Notes under the pieces: generated by a model
Told to the model about the DNA's origin: nothing
Seen by the model: only the letters and a program-made list of their open reading frames with translations
The model's database searches: none
Part shown: positions 39,555-52,995 of the stretch, piece after piece
How the letters are laid out: every line of letters starts with the position of its first letter
Numbering within the stretch: the stretch's first letter is position 1
From: Camelus dromedarius
Lineage: Eukaryota
DNA length: 64,000 nt
NCBI RefSeq assembly: GCF_036321535.1
Contig: NC_087437.1
Span: forward strand, 63,428,001-63,492,000
Reading direction: 5' to 3'
Made by a program: the position numbers and the translations under genes

Positions 39555-40799
39555 GGTGCCTTTGTATGATATATTCCCTGATGTGTCTCTAGGATCTAGA
39601 ATAGCACCTGGCAGGTAGTGAGCCTTCAAAACAATGTGATAAATGAAAGAGCTACTCATTAGACAAAGCCACGGACATTTTTACAAATAAAGAATACGTT
39701 AAACTCCAAAAAAGTGTGAGGGACAAAAACTGACATTAAGGACAGGCTTTTCAACTATATACAGTGAGTTGTGTGAAAAGCTCCATGTCTTGTCCTCATT
39801 TTTGTATTTTATCATGGAAACTGTCCTGGATGGGGCTTGTGAACCAGTGCCATAAATCCTGCCAAGAGGGCCTGAGAGAAGAGGGACCTTAAGGTTGGGG
39901 AAGGACTCAGCTGGGTAGAAAACACTTGGAGGCCTCCAGGGCTGCCCCCGCTGGCAGGATTATTGAGGAGAGAGCAGAGGCCCCATGTTTTGCTTGATAA
40001 CAACAGTTGTTTTGAACTTCATGACCGCTTGGAGTTGGATCCTTCCCTCTCTTGGTCAATACTTGCCTCAATTCCCAAGTCTTGTCTAACCCGGTCAGAT
40101 ATCTATCTAAGTGCAAATCCCTTCAAACTGTGTGGGAACCCCTGGACCTGGCCCATACCTGAGCCCTGGTGCCAGATCAAGGAGCTCAAGATCAAACTGG
40201 GGCTGAGGAAAGAGAGCAAAATATTTGGGGAGCCATGAGGCCACCCCCAGGTTGTACATTGACAGAAATTAAGAGGACTTAGATTCGAGAGCCATAAAAA
40301 TTTCAAGCACTTTGACTCAGTAATCGAAATTCTTGAACTGTATCTTGAGGAAGCATAATTTAGAGTGAAGGAAAAGTTATGTTTGTGAAATTGTGACTTG
40401 TGATGTTGTTTGTTTTAGTGAAATTGGAAGCAACCTAAATGGTAAATAACAGGGGCATGATTGAGTAAATTATGGTTTATCCACTTGACAGAATATTACA
40501 AAATCATTAAAAATGAGACTTAGAACGAGTGTTCCATAACCAGGAGAAAGTCTGTGGTTTGGCTTGAATAAAAGTATGAAGATGAAGGCAATGATAATGT
40601 GCATGTATAATTTTGTTTTAAAAAGTACATATATAGAAAAATACTGGTAAATATATAGAAAATGATAGTATTTATGTTAGGAAAAAAGTCATTTGCAATC
40701 ACACTCTCAGCAAATATTGTTTATTTATGAACAATGACAAAAGAGGATGGAACAAGGGGACTAGGGTGAGTTTAAAGTTCATGTAAAAAGTCAGCAAGC

Positions 40800-41465
40800 A
40801 ATGGAGAGGGTGTGGAGAAAAGGGAACCCTCCTACACTGTTGGTGGTAATGTAAACTGGTGCAGCCACTCTGGAGGACAGTATGGAGGTTCCTTAAAAAA
40901 CTGAAAATAGACTTACCAGCAATCCCACTCCTGGGCATATATCCTGAAAAGACAAAAACGCTAATTAAAAAAGATATAAGAACCAAAGCGTTTATAGCAG
41001 AACTATTTACAATAGCCAAGACATGGGAACAACTCAAGGGGCCATCAATAGACTGTTGATTTGAGAAGCTGTGGTATATATACACAATGGAATACTATTC
41101 AGCCATAAAAAGAATGAAACATTGCCATTTGCAGCAACATGGATGGACCTAGAGATTATCATACTGAGTGAAGTAAGTCAGACAGAGAAAGACAAATGTG
41201 TCACTTATATGTTAAATCTAAAAAATAATGCAAATGAATCTATATACAAGACCGAAACAGACTCACAGACATAGAAAACACACTTACGATTACCAAAGGG
41301 GAAAGGGAGAGGTGAGGGATAAATTAGCAGTATGAGATTAACAGTTACAAACTACAATACATAAAATAGATAAGCAACAAGGATTTACTGTATAGCATAA
41401 GGAACTATGTTCAATATCTTGGAATAATCTATAATGGAAAATAATCTGAAAAAAAATATATAGCC
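40800..41465 (+). mobile_element. 5'-truncated L1 (ORF2 C-terminus + 3'UTR)
   Basis: ORFs [28 protein letters not shown] and PFAATWMDLEIIILSEVSQ. Confidence 0.92.
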
Positions 41466-42592
41466 ATATCACCAGCGTCTCCTCACAGTTTCAGCTCAGA
41501 GGGGCTTCCATTCAACAGAGAAGCCAGAGAGGTATAGCTCACTCTGCACATGAACAGGTGGAGAAACGCTTCAGGGATGGCCGAAGTGAAGAGCTCTCTA
41601 GAGCTTTTGTAGATGTTTTGTCCTGTTGTTTGCGTATGGGGATAAGCTAGCTCTCTTTGGCTTTTCCTGGACTTAAGCAAGAAGTTATCTTCTGGCACTT
41701 AAATACTATTTCATTCCTCTAGTTGAGATGCTGTGGGGAGCGTGGGGGAAAGTACTGCCTCACCTAAGAGAGAGAAAGACTTGCCAGGAACCTGCAAAGA
41801 TCAGGGGAGAGAGGACACCTGAGCAAGTATATGCTTGTGCCAAATTGCAGCTTCCCAGAACCTCACTTGGGCCTAGATCCAAGAGAGACAAAGCCGCTGA
41901 GGGGATGGAACCCAGCCTCTACTAATCGGTGTGCGGGGGAGCAGAGTTCTTCAGTATAATGTCCTGAATTTTTCTCCATCAGACACCGGACCCTGGGAAG
42001 TCCCAGGAGACTGTTTTCTCTAAGAAAAATCCTGAAATCGGGTAACCATAAAAAACCAGAGCGAGAATAAAACTGATTCTTACATTAAGCGTGAATGATA
42101 AATTATTCATTAGCACAATTAGAAGTACGTTACTCATTTAGTATATTTGGTGTAGATAAGCACATTCAGTACATTTTTGGCCTGATCCACCGCACCCGGA
42201 AAGACCTAGCTGGTTGGCCACTATGCCCACCGGATGGATGCTTCCGTACATTGTCCAGAAGAAAATGTTCTAACAACTAGGATGGCCATTTCAAAGCTTT
42301 GCAGTGATGGTAAACAACATACTTCTCTTCAGAGTCCTGTACCAGTCTTGTTACTGTGGGGGAGAGAGAACACTTAACACCCAATGAATGCTGGGCCCAT
42401 GTTCCCCTCTAGGCTGAATACTGAGAAATGAACCGCTGACTTGTGTTGGCTGAGTGTCCCAAGCAGGGTGCAGAACTGTTGGGTTCAGGAGTGGAAGATC
42501 ATGAAGGGGTGAAAGGCCTGTGGACAGGCCAGTGCCCCACTAGCTGTTTCATTTCCAATCCCACTTTCGTGGCCCTTGTGGTTATATTCTCT

Positions 42593-42796
42593 CTCTTTTT
42601 AAAAAAATATATTTTTATTGAAGTATAGTCCGTTTACAATGTTGTGTCAATTTCTGGTGTACAGCACAATGCTTCAGTCATACTTGAATATACATATATT
42701 CGTTTTCATATTCTTTTTAACTGTAAGTTTCTACAAGATACTGAATACAGTTCCCTGTGCTATACAGTATAAACTTGTTTATCTATTTTATACATA
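42593..42796 (-). mobile_element. Short L1 3'-end insertion
   Basis: Closely similar to the reverse complement of 26254-26435. TSD GTTA(T/C)ATTCTCT at 42581-42592 and 42797-42808. Confidence 0.88.
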
Positions 42797-45479
42797 GTTA
42801 CATTCTCTTTTGTTGATCTGGCTTCTCCAATAGGATTCCAAGTCCCCTGTCTTCAAGTTCTGCTCCCCTGACCAGGTGAACTCAGCTGACACTTGGGCGG
42901 CCCTTGATCTTCCTGCTGGCCCCGTCTTTCCAAGAAACAATTGGAGGGGCAGGTGCTCTCCCACCCCCACCCCTCATGGGGCCAGTTGAGCTGACACCTC
43001 TGAGCACGGTCCTCTGTCTGGAGGGTCAGTCACGCTTGCCTGAGTTCCTGCTGATGCACCGTCAGTTTTCTCTACGCCCTTTCCTCTGGATTCCCAGGGG
43101 CACCACTTTCTTTCTCAGCAGCCCCTCTCTGGAGCAGGCTTGGGGATGGGAGAACAGAAGAAACACATGTTAGCCTCATCAGTATCTTCAGTGATACCTG
43201 AGGATGAAGTGAGGTAGACCTGACTGAGGGAAAAAGTCATTAATGGAGAAAATGCCTCACTCTCTATTCTCACCTGTTGTTGCTGGTGGTAAGAGCTGGA
43301 TGTTCTCAGCAACATCCCTAATGCCTTGCTGAGACAGGGAACCAGAGGGCGTCCTTTGGGAGGGAGGCAGGGAGGCCGTGGTGCAGAAGGGCCTCAAGCT
43401 GCAGACCAGTGTGAGGGCCATGTGAGGACAGCCGAGGGTCTGCCTGGACGCCAGGCCAGCGCTGCCACAGGCACCACAGCTGGCACACAAGTGGGTTTTC
43501 TTGCCAACTCAAGGAGCACAAAGGGGAAGGTGAGAGGTGGTGGCCTGCCAGCCCCCAGCAAGAGTCCTGGAGCCTGGAGCCCGTGCAAGCAGCTCCCCAG
43601 TCAGTAGCTCCCTGGGGAGCTGGGACAGGCTTAGAACATCAGGCAGGGGTTGTCTGAACTTACAGTAGCTCAGCTTTAAAGAGCCATAGCTGGAGGAGGG
43701 ACCCAGAACCTGCAGACCCGTGTGCTCAGGGTAGATGCAACAGTATGGGTGGGAGCGGAGAAACTGGGCTGGGTAGGGGAGGAAGGAGGCAGGCGGCCCT
43801 GAGCTGCCTTCATCTGCTCTCAAGTTGGCCTCTGCCCCAGCAGCCTGAGGGTTCCTAATGTCCAGCGGCCTCCTCAGGGCCAAAGTGAGAAGTGCTGGCC
43901 CTTCATGTCTGCTCCCTGAGTCTCAACTTCTCTAACTTCTCTCTCTTCGCCCTCTAATGTTCTGATACCTTCCTCCCAGTGCATGAATCCCCATGGGATC
44001 GGGACTTGGAGCTGGGTGTGGTTCCCGCTGGGTCCCAGCACCTCAATTGGCACCACAGGGGCTTGAGTCTTTGCTGAGTGCCTGGAGGCAACACTCATGT
44101 CCTCATTTTGTGCCTGACCTTCACTCCAGTCCTGTCGTCTGTCCTTGCATAGCTCCACAGTTGCTCCAGCTGGGTGGGGGACACATAGTTCTGCTACTGG
44201 GCTGTCAGAAATGAAGCAGGGGGATCTGAGCACGGAGGCACGGGGCCAGCCCAAGCCTGAAACTTCGGCCCAGAGAGGCCCAGGCTAAGCAAACACCAGC
44301 TCCAGACCCGAGGACACCCTGCCCACCTGTGGCAGTGGGGGCCTCACCCAGAGTGGCCACTTCGTGAGGAAGGAGAAGCAGGGGAGGGGTGGGGTGGGGG
44401 GGAGTCAGGGTGTGAGGGAGGAGGCCACGGGAGCAGATGGAAACCGTGGGCAGAGTGAGGTCCAGACGAGGGGTGTGTCCTTCCTCTTCCCGCAGCGCTT
44501 GTCGTCCTCTGGGAGGATACAGTGTCTGCCACGCTGTTTAACCTCTCACCTTATTTGTGCTCATCGTGGCAATGGAGGTGCCCAGTGAGCATACAGTGGT
44601 GGGTGTGTGACAGACTGAGTGTTCTGACCCTTCAGCCAGTGTTCTTCCTACTCTACTGGGAGCACAGTCTTGATAAACCTGGCTTGCTCAGCCCAGGTGA
44701 CCAATAGGGATACCACTGATGATGGAAATGTTCTAAGTAGTCACAAGGGAGTTGCATCTTTTCAGCATGCATTTGTCCAGCTGTGGAGTAAGCTTTTTAG
44801 ACAAACATCAGGGGCCTAAGAAGCTGGGATCTGAAGGAAGAGTCATACAGATGTGAACCACAGGAATGAACGAACTTCTGGAATTTCCTTGCTGAGAGGG
44901 GTGTGCTTGCTTGTGGCTGTGGCTTTTGGCTACTGTGTATACATTCTGCTTCCTGGCATACAAGGCTTAGCTAGTGACTAGCAGACTAGTTGATCAGTTC
45001 AGAACCAGAAGCAGCTGGTGACTGTCAAACAAGTTCCCTCAACAGGCCCCGCCAGCCCCCTGGTGAGAGGTTAAGGGTAGCTTGTCTGAGCGGCTGTCTG
45101 CAGACTAAAGTGAGAGAGGCCCCCGCAGGGCCTTGGGCTCACAAGGGCTGACAGGATGTGCACATCAGATTGTAATTGGTACATCCAGGAGGGATGTTGG
45201 AGATCTCCTCCCAGAGAAGTTAGGACACTTCTCCAGGGCCCACTGTTAGCAGACCCTGTCCCTGAAGTTCAGTGGCTCTGGCCTTAAATTAAGCCCTTCT
45301 CTCTGGGCCTCCGTTTGCTTATTAACAGACTGAGGGTGGGCTAAGGCCCCCTGGTACACTAGGGCTGTGTGGGATCTAGTGGCAGAACCAGGACAAGATG
45401 CCAGCCAGCACCCTGGACTCTGACCCGCTCCCAGCTCCGCCCTGTGGCATCTCTAACAGTGTGATGTTGTCACCAAGGA

Positions 45480-45710
45480 TGACATCTTGGAGTCAGAGGC
45501 CTGGGTTCAAAACCAGCTGATGAGAAGTAGCTGTCATTGTTACTTCTGCGATTTGGAATATGTTGCTCAACCTCTGAGTCTTCTCTTCATCTTTAAAATG
45601 AAAATCCTACCTATCTTATTGAGTTGCTTGGAAAATAAAAGTTAACTTAGGTAAAACCCTCAGTACAGTATCTGGCTCCTAGTAAGCATTCAATAAATGG
45701 ACTATTTTTA
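45480..45710 (+). repeat. MIR SINE
   Basis: TGGAGTCAGAGGCCTGGGTTCAAA...TTCATCTTTAAAATG. Confidence 0.7.
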
Positions 45711-47019
45711 TTAGTAACAGTAGGCATTGTGGTTCACGGTCACTTCATTTAGCTGGACCTGAGGTTACCTTTCTGTGAAACAGGTGGGCTGGGTGGGACC
45801 AGTGCTTCTCCGACTCCCCATCCCCAAGGGAAGTGGAGAAAGAACTTGTATTCTGGGGGTAGGGGCTTACTCTGAAGCAGCTTACAGAAAGCATCACATT
45901 TCTTTGAAGTCTTATGGTTATTTGTAAAATCTACTTATAGTTGTCATTCTACATAGTAACATGAGCACATTGGTTCTAACATAAAGATGCTTCCCCCAAA
46001 TCTCTGAGTATAGCTGATGTTCAAGGATGAGTGGCACCCCTCTGGGGATGGAGGGGTGATGGCGTCATTTCTAAGGTCCCTTCTAGCCCCAGCATCCCAG
46101 GTTCCCAAGGTGAGTGACTCTCCTCTGCAAAGGACCTGAGGTTGGTACCCAAGAATCCTGAAGGAGCCTCAGAGAGGCAGGCTCCCCTGTGCCCCTATCC
46201 CTGATGGGACTGCATAGTTCTCAGTAGGTACAGCCAGCAGGGAGGGAAGATGATGCAGCCCCTCGGAGTGAAAGACTAAGAAGTCTGAAGGAGGAGCAGG
46301 GCTGTGTCTGAGCCTGACTTTAGGCCCTTGGGCTGATAAACCTGGCTGGGCTGGGTTGGCAGCTCTCCACCACCCCAGGTAAGTTCCACTTGAACACTAA
46401 GCCATTGTTTCCCATCCAGAGCTGCATGATGTCCTGGGGACAGGCCCTCATATCATGGGAGGGTAGGTGAGGACAAGGGGGAACTGCATGTGGAGACACA
46501 GGGTTTGTCACACTGCCAGGGCATCCTCCTTGCTGTTCTGATGCAGCACCCACAGCCGAGGTCTGGGATTGTGCCCAGCCAGTAGGCAGAGAACCAAGGG
46601 GGCCCTGGAAAAGAGTAGCAAGACTTGGGGGAGAACATAGAGGTGTCTGGCCTGTGAATGGGAAGAGAGAGCATCTCTGTAAGTGGGGAGAGGCATATCT
46701 ACTGATGGTGGCGTCGGTCCTGCATATATTTGCTAGAAATTAGCAAGTAAGCATGGTATCTCCCTCAGGCACGAGGGTTTGAAATGAAGTCATCCATTTA
46801 TTTGGGACAAATATAAGGAGCTTTCTCTGGAAGAGGATTGACTACATTAGTCAAATTTATACCTATCAGTTATCATTCCAATAAAATCTAAGGGAATATC
46901 AACACAGTTGTTATACTGGAAATTTCCTGTTGGGCATGGTGTTTACCGGATAAGATTGAACACATCTTGCTAAATCTTTCCTGAGCATGTTACCAAATTG
47001 AGCCAGAATTTGGGGTAAG

Positions 47020-47180
47020 GACTAGATTCTAGTTCTGCTTTATTAGCTATGTGACTTTAGGCAAGTCACTTGGTCTTTGAACCTAGATTTCCCATCAATA
47101 AAATGGGGTTGTAACATATCTCAATATGTTGTGAAATTAAAATGAGATCTTGATTGGGAAAGCACTTCATAAGTTGTCAG
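47020..47180 (+). repeat. MIR SINE
   Basis: GCTATGTGACTTTAGGCAAGTCACTT. Confidence 0.7.
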
Positions 47181-47199
47181 TAGCTCAGTGTTTATTTTA

Positions 47200-47343
47200 T
47201 TTATGAATTTTTTGTTGTTTGAGGCAGGAGGCAATTAGGTTTATATATTTATTTATTTATTTTAATGGAGGTACCTGGGATTGAACCCAGGACCTTGTGC
47301 ATGCTAAGCACACGTTCTACCACTGAGCTATACCCTCCCTCTC
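47200..47343 (-). mobile_element. Vic-1-like camelid SINE
   Basis: Same tRNA-like head. TSD CTCA(G/A)TGTTTATTTTA at 47184-47199 and 47344-47359. Confidence 0.9.
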
Positions 47344-47979
47344 CTCAATGTTTATTTTAAGTCAAAAGCGTTTTAGTAGCATTATTGAAGAGCACTACTA
47401 CCCTCCACAACCTAGTCTCAATTAATTTAATGACTACATCTCTTAAACCCTCTCTTGACCCATCCCTTTCCCAGATGCATTTCCTTGCTCTGAGGCATGC
47501 ACCACCATCTCCTCAGCCCAGCTCAGCACTCTACTGCAGGGCTCACTTGTTTAGATGGTCATGGTTCATTCTCTATGCCTTGCAAACTTCAGGTCTCTTC
47601 CCTCCTGTCTTTGAAGATACATAGGTCCATTCTGGGTCCGTTTCCTAATCTATAAAGTAAGGGAGTTGACTAGGTGATTTAGGTCCCCAGCAATCCTCAC
47701 ATTCTGCAGCCCAGCCATATTCTGCTATGCTAACAGTAAATGAGAATTTGGGAGGATTGAGAGCAATGCATATGACAAGTAACTGATAAAGAGCATGAAG
47801 TAGTAATCTACTCTCTGTGATAGATAAGGCAATGTTTGCGGCAATATTTCAATGAACTAGAACATCTAAGTGAAATGTGATACCTCTGATTGGTCCCCAT
47901 GGCTGACTGTTAACCTGAGAGTCACCATTTGCTGAGTGCTTGCTATTGTTAGAAACTGCATTACAGTTACAGTGTACTA

Positions 47980-48170
47980 GGTATTCTGAGTATCTACTTT
48001 GTGTTAGGTACTTGACCTTCCCTCTAATCTCCACAGAGCCCTACAAAACAGATTTACAGATGGGAAAATTGAGGTTTAGAGAGATTAAGTCACCCATGTT
48101 CATCCAGCTACTAAGTGGCAGAAGCGGGTTCAAGTGCAAGCATGTCTGACTACAAAGCCTGTGATGGAAT
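47980..48170 (-). repeat. MIR SINE
   Basis: TTTACAGATGGGAAAATTGAGGTTTAGAGAG. Confidence 0.7.
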
Positions 48171-50379
48171 CACCCACCCAAGTCCACTGGCTGGCGTCAC
48201 CACCTAGGCTACTCTTAGATTGTCAGTTTCTTATTTTCAGTCCCAAGACTGGTGGTTATCCCAGCAGCATTCTTAATACAGTTCTAGGCTTGACTCTAGA
48301 GTAGGAATTGGTCCTCTCTGGTTGAAGTGGCGAATCTGAAGATACCATGGGAAAAACCCACCTGGATTTAGCACCCTCCTTCCTCCGGCATGATGGAGAC
48401 ACCAGGTCTTGACTCCTTCCTCATTCTCCTTCTCTGTGCACCTGCCTTCTTGTCACACTAACCAAGGGTGGGAGGGAAACTAGAAATACATACACTGTTG
48501 GCTGCAGGTTGTGTCTGTGGAGGTAATTAGAAAACAATTGCAAATTCGAATTTCAAATCCAGGAGCCTGTAGGAGTTGGTGGAGCAGGTTGGCTTGCCTC
48601 ATTTTCCTGTTCTGTGTCACAGGATTTGCAAAAGAAGGATTCCTCAGGCCTGTCAGTAAGGGAAGCACAGGGGGAAACAGGATGTGTTAGAGCTGGCTGG
48701 GTGCTGGCAACTGTGGGCCCCAGGAGGTCCAGCAGGAGCTGTAGATGCTTGAGGCTGGAGACAGTCTTCAAACTCAGCCCTGGTTCTTATCAGCATCCAC
48801 ATCTCTGCATCCCCTCCTGTCGGAGGCTGTGCTTCCTGCTCCCTCTCTCCTTGGAAGACACTGTTCCAGCCCAATGCCTGAAGCTCCTACCAGGAAAGGC
48901 CAGCCTCCCACAGAAGGGTCCTCCTTGTTCTTTCTCCTTGAATCAGCCAGGCATTAGTCCAGCCACAGGGCTGGTGTTTTCCCAGGAGAAAAAGGCCATG
49001 GGGTGCTGGCATCTCCCCTAAACTGTGTGGAGAGGAACTGGGGCCATGTTCAGTGGCCACAGTTCATCTGCACCCATGTTCTCAGAATCCAAGGCCTCTC
49101 CCAGCTCAGGATCCTTTGGACCAGTCCCTTCAGATCATCACCACAGGGCCAGCTCCCTGCGGAAAGCTTAAGGGCAGCATGTGCTTCGTGACTCAGAAAG
49201 AAGGGATGGGACACATCTGTCTGGAGCTGGAGAAGCTGCTCAAGGCCCCTCCAGGTGTGACCAGCAGAATCATGAGCTCCCTTCCTTCCTGGGCCTTCTT
49301 TTCCAAAGCTTTTCTAGGCTTCTCTATAGACCAGGAGGGAGGTTGCCGGGCAGTGTCATGGCACAGGTGGTGACCCTTCCCTTTACTCCCTCTCCCTCTG
49401 CTTTCGACCCTCTGACACTCCAACCCCAATAGCAGGCTCATACTGCCAGGGGCTGCCCCAGCGCCCCCACCTGCCTCTCCATCTATCTGCTCCCACTGCC
49501 CTAGACTCCTGTTTCAAAATAACTCAGATTACTAATGTTAGTTGAGTTGGAGGAGGAAGAGGAAGTGTAAAGTAGTAGAAAGAAAAGGAATATATCCATT
49601 TACTTTATGAACAAATGATACTCCCCAGCACCCTGCCCCATTAATTTTGCTGTTAATATTTGCCACTCTGCTAAGAGAAGTCCCTTTGAGTACTTACTTC
49701 ACTGCCTGACACATAGTAAGTGCTCACTAAACAGTGGCTATTATTGGTTCTTTTTTTCTCTTCTTTTTTTCCTGGGGTTTCCCCTCACTCTTTCAGTCCC
49801 AGCACATCTCTGGACAGACCTCACAGAATCAGAAGCTCTATCTGGGGGCTGGCCAGAGGCTGAGGAGCTGGAATAACCACACATGTGCCCGTTCCTAGCG
49901 CTGGTCCAGTCTTCAGAGTCTTCATGGCCCGTGCTGGTGTCTCCTAAGTGTACCTTGAGGACTAGGTGCTCCTGCCTGATTCAGCTGCTGGCCTGTGAAG
50001 CCCTGCGTGGTAAGCCTGGAGCAGAAGAGACTTCTTTCCTCTTCTCTGGTGTCCTGCTCTGGGCTTGGCTCCCCCTGCTGGAATCATTCCTAACTGCCCA
50101 GGTATCCTATAGAGAGCTGAAGGCAGTCCTAGAGACACGGGTGAGCTAGGGCAGGAAGGTCCAGAGAGGCCCTTCAGGTCAGAGAGAGAGAAACAGAGAC
50201 GGGAAGTGACTTTCTTAAGGTCACACAGCTGGCTAGGGTGCAGATACAGCAAGCACCAGAGTGGCTGGCTCTTCTGTGCTATTTTACCCTTGGGTGCTGC
50301 CTCCTTATTTCTCCTGAGCTGGTCCCTTCCTTGGCCAAGGCTGCATCTGTCCTCTGAGCTTCTGAGAGTAATCTTAAGA

Positions 50380-50610
50380 CAACATTAACAATAGCAGTCA
50401 CCATGGATCGAGCACTTATTCTGTGCCGGAAACTAGGGTGGGGCTGTTTTTGATACATGTTACTGATCCTCATAGTGACCCTGAAGGTAGGGGAGTATTC
50501 GTGCCAGCTCCATTTTACAGATGGATAAACTAAGACTTTCAGAGGTTATCCCTTGCCTCAGGCCACACAGTTTAGCAGTGAAGAATGCATGTTTGACTGC
50601 ACAGCAGTCT
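50380..50610 (-). repeat. MIR SINE
   Basis: CCATTTTACAGATGGATAAACTAAG. Confidence 0.7.
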
Positions 50611-51526
50611 GCTCCCCGCTAAGGGGCATCCTGTGGATGGAAGTCTCAAGCGCTGTTCCTGTTCCCCGAGTGGATTTCCTGGGCTCCCTTGGACTGAGGT
50701 GGGCTGCTCCTGCCTGATCCTCACACTGGAGGATGGGAGGCAAGGTATTTGAGAAGGGGATGGCTGAATAAATACTCTTGTGACCCCAAACTTACTTCTG
50801 CAGGGATGATACCGATAATGAACTGGGTGAACTTTAGGACGTTGCTAGACTGGGATAGGAATGTGCATATTGCTAATTTAATTATAATCGGGGTTTCTGG
50901 CTCTGGCTTTGATTTCTTTTTTGCCATGTGACTTTTATTGCAGCAAGCATCTCTCAGCTGGTCTCATTAAATCTCAAATTAAGCAAGAATCCCCACAGGA
51001 AGAGAGCAGCTCCAGGAGACCAGGCCTCACTCCTTCACACTGTGTGTTTGGTTGCAGGTGTTTCTTATTTTGATCTGTGTATATGTGTGTGTGTCCCCTT
51101 TAAAAAAAATTTTAACATAACTTTCTGCCAAAGAGGTGGGCACTCAGGGTAGAATTGCTGAGCAGACATGCTCCTCCCGCCCGTGGTCTGCTGCTCTGCT
51201 GATGTGGCCTGGCTGACGTGGGCAGCTGTCAGCCTGCAGAAGCGCAGACCTCCTTTAATGTGTTTTCTGAGAGGAAAGGCCCAGGATGCCATGGGGAGGG
51301 AGAGGCTGCCTGTGGGCTCAGGGAAGAACTCAGCTGTGGGGGACAGAGTGGGCTGGCTTTGCCTGATTTCCCTTAAGAACCCAGAAACCTGGACCCGAGT
51401 CTCTCAGGGATGTCAGTAGAGTGCCAGAGAGTGCACCAGGGCCAGGTGTAATTGTGTCTGCTACACACACAGGAAGCCTGAGAAGCAAAGAGCAGAAAGG
51501 AGGCATGAGTTCCATGCTAGGCTTTG

Positions 51527-51663
51527 TTTCTTAAAAGTTTTTTTTATTTTGGGGGGAGTTAGTTAGGTTTATTTTTTTTTTAATGGAGGTAGTAGGGATT
51601 GAATCCAGGATCTCATGCATGCTAAGCACGCACTCTACCACTGAGCTATACCCTCCCTCCCTG
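51527..51663 (-). mobile_element. Vic-1-like camelid SINE
   Basis: Same head. Degenerate TSD CCATGCTAGGCTTTG (51512-51526) / CCATGCCAGGTTTTG (51664-51678). Confidence 0.88.
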
Positions 51664-52532
51664 CCATGCCAGGTTTTGAGCCAGGCCTGGTACCCATGTG
51701 TCTGGAACCAAATGTCTATAGGCCCCAGAGGGGTAATTTTTAAAATCGTTTTAACCTTTTCTTCCACTCCTTTCCAACAAAATGAAGTGGTGCCATTGTT
51801 TGGAAGTGATTTTTTTATGTTTTCTTGCCCAGATTTCAATTTATTCATAGTAGTCCACAAGCATTTGTTGAGAATGTACTGCATCCTCATCTGTATTCTA
51901 GGCATTAGGGATCCAGTAGTGAGAGAAATATGCAGGTGGAGACCTACGACCTGGTGGAAGAGCTTGTGTTCCAGTAGGGGAGACAGATGTTAATCAAATA
52001 ACCACACAACTGCATGGCGTCCAGCTGTGATATGTGTGATAGATGCAACATCCATGATTTTGTCCAAATCGCCGTCCTTGTGCAAAATGACTTCCCAGCC
52101 CCATTACCTCGCAGAGACCTCCATCTAGGAGAGTTAGATCAGGATTCACTTCTGTTCCTCAGGGATGAACAGCATTGTATTTTCGAATTCATTTCTTCCT
52201 TTATTATCCATAAAATATTTTAGTATCTACCATATATAATGTCTTCCAGTATCTGGGTGCATATTCAGTCTTGACCAAGGATTTAATTGACTTAAGGGTC
52301 TTCATCAGTGTCTATCTTAGTCTTCAGACCTCTCTGGTCTATATTTGTTCAACCATTCTCCTCAGAAGAAAATATGGAATCAAATTAGGTATTGATTCAC
52401 CTCTTCCCCACCCACCTCCCAAAGCTGCACACCACTACTCCTATAAAACCACTTTTCCGTTTGCACTCGTGTGTTTAAGGAGGACAGAAGTGAGAGCAGA
52501 TGGTGACAGGGGAGTAGAGGTGTAGGCTAGAG

Positions 52533-52995
52533 CAATGGTTCTCAAAGTGGGCCCTGGGGACCCTGAGACTCTCCCATGGGCCCAGGATGTTCAAATAATT
52601 TTTGGAATAAGATGTCATCTGCCTTTTCCACTCTCCTTTTTTCTCAAGTGGAGTTTTCCAGAAGCTACAAATACCGTGATGTCACAAGCAACTGGATGCA
52701 GAAACAGATATGAAAACGTTCATGTCTTCTATTAAGCCAGACATTAATTTGCAAAAATGAACAATTCTTCTTACTAAACTTTTTGTTTTATAAAATGTTT
52801 TTCTTTTAAAAATGTTATTTATGTTAAATATAATAGGCTTATTATTGATTTTTCAAGTGAATTACTGTTTCTTAGTTTTAATTTCTAATAGAGTAAATAT
52901 TGATAGCAACAATTCACACACAGAAGCTTTTGGGGATCCTCAGTAATTTTAGGAACATATAGGGGCTCTGAGACCAAAAAGTTTGAGAACTGCTG
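52533..52995 (+). mobile_element. hAT-Charlie non-autonomous DNA transposon (Charlie1b-like)
   Basis: TIRs CAATGGTTCTCAAA...TTTGAGAACTGCTG. 8-bp TSD GGCTAGAG/AGCTAGAG. Confidence 0.85.
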
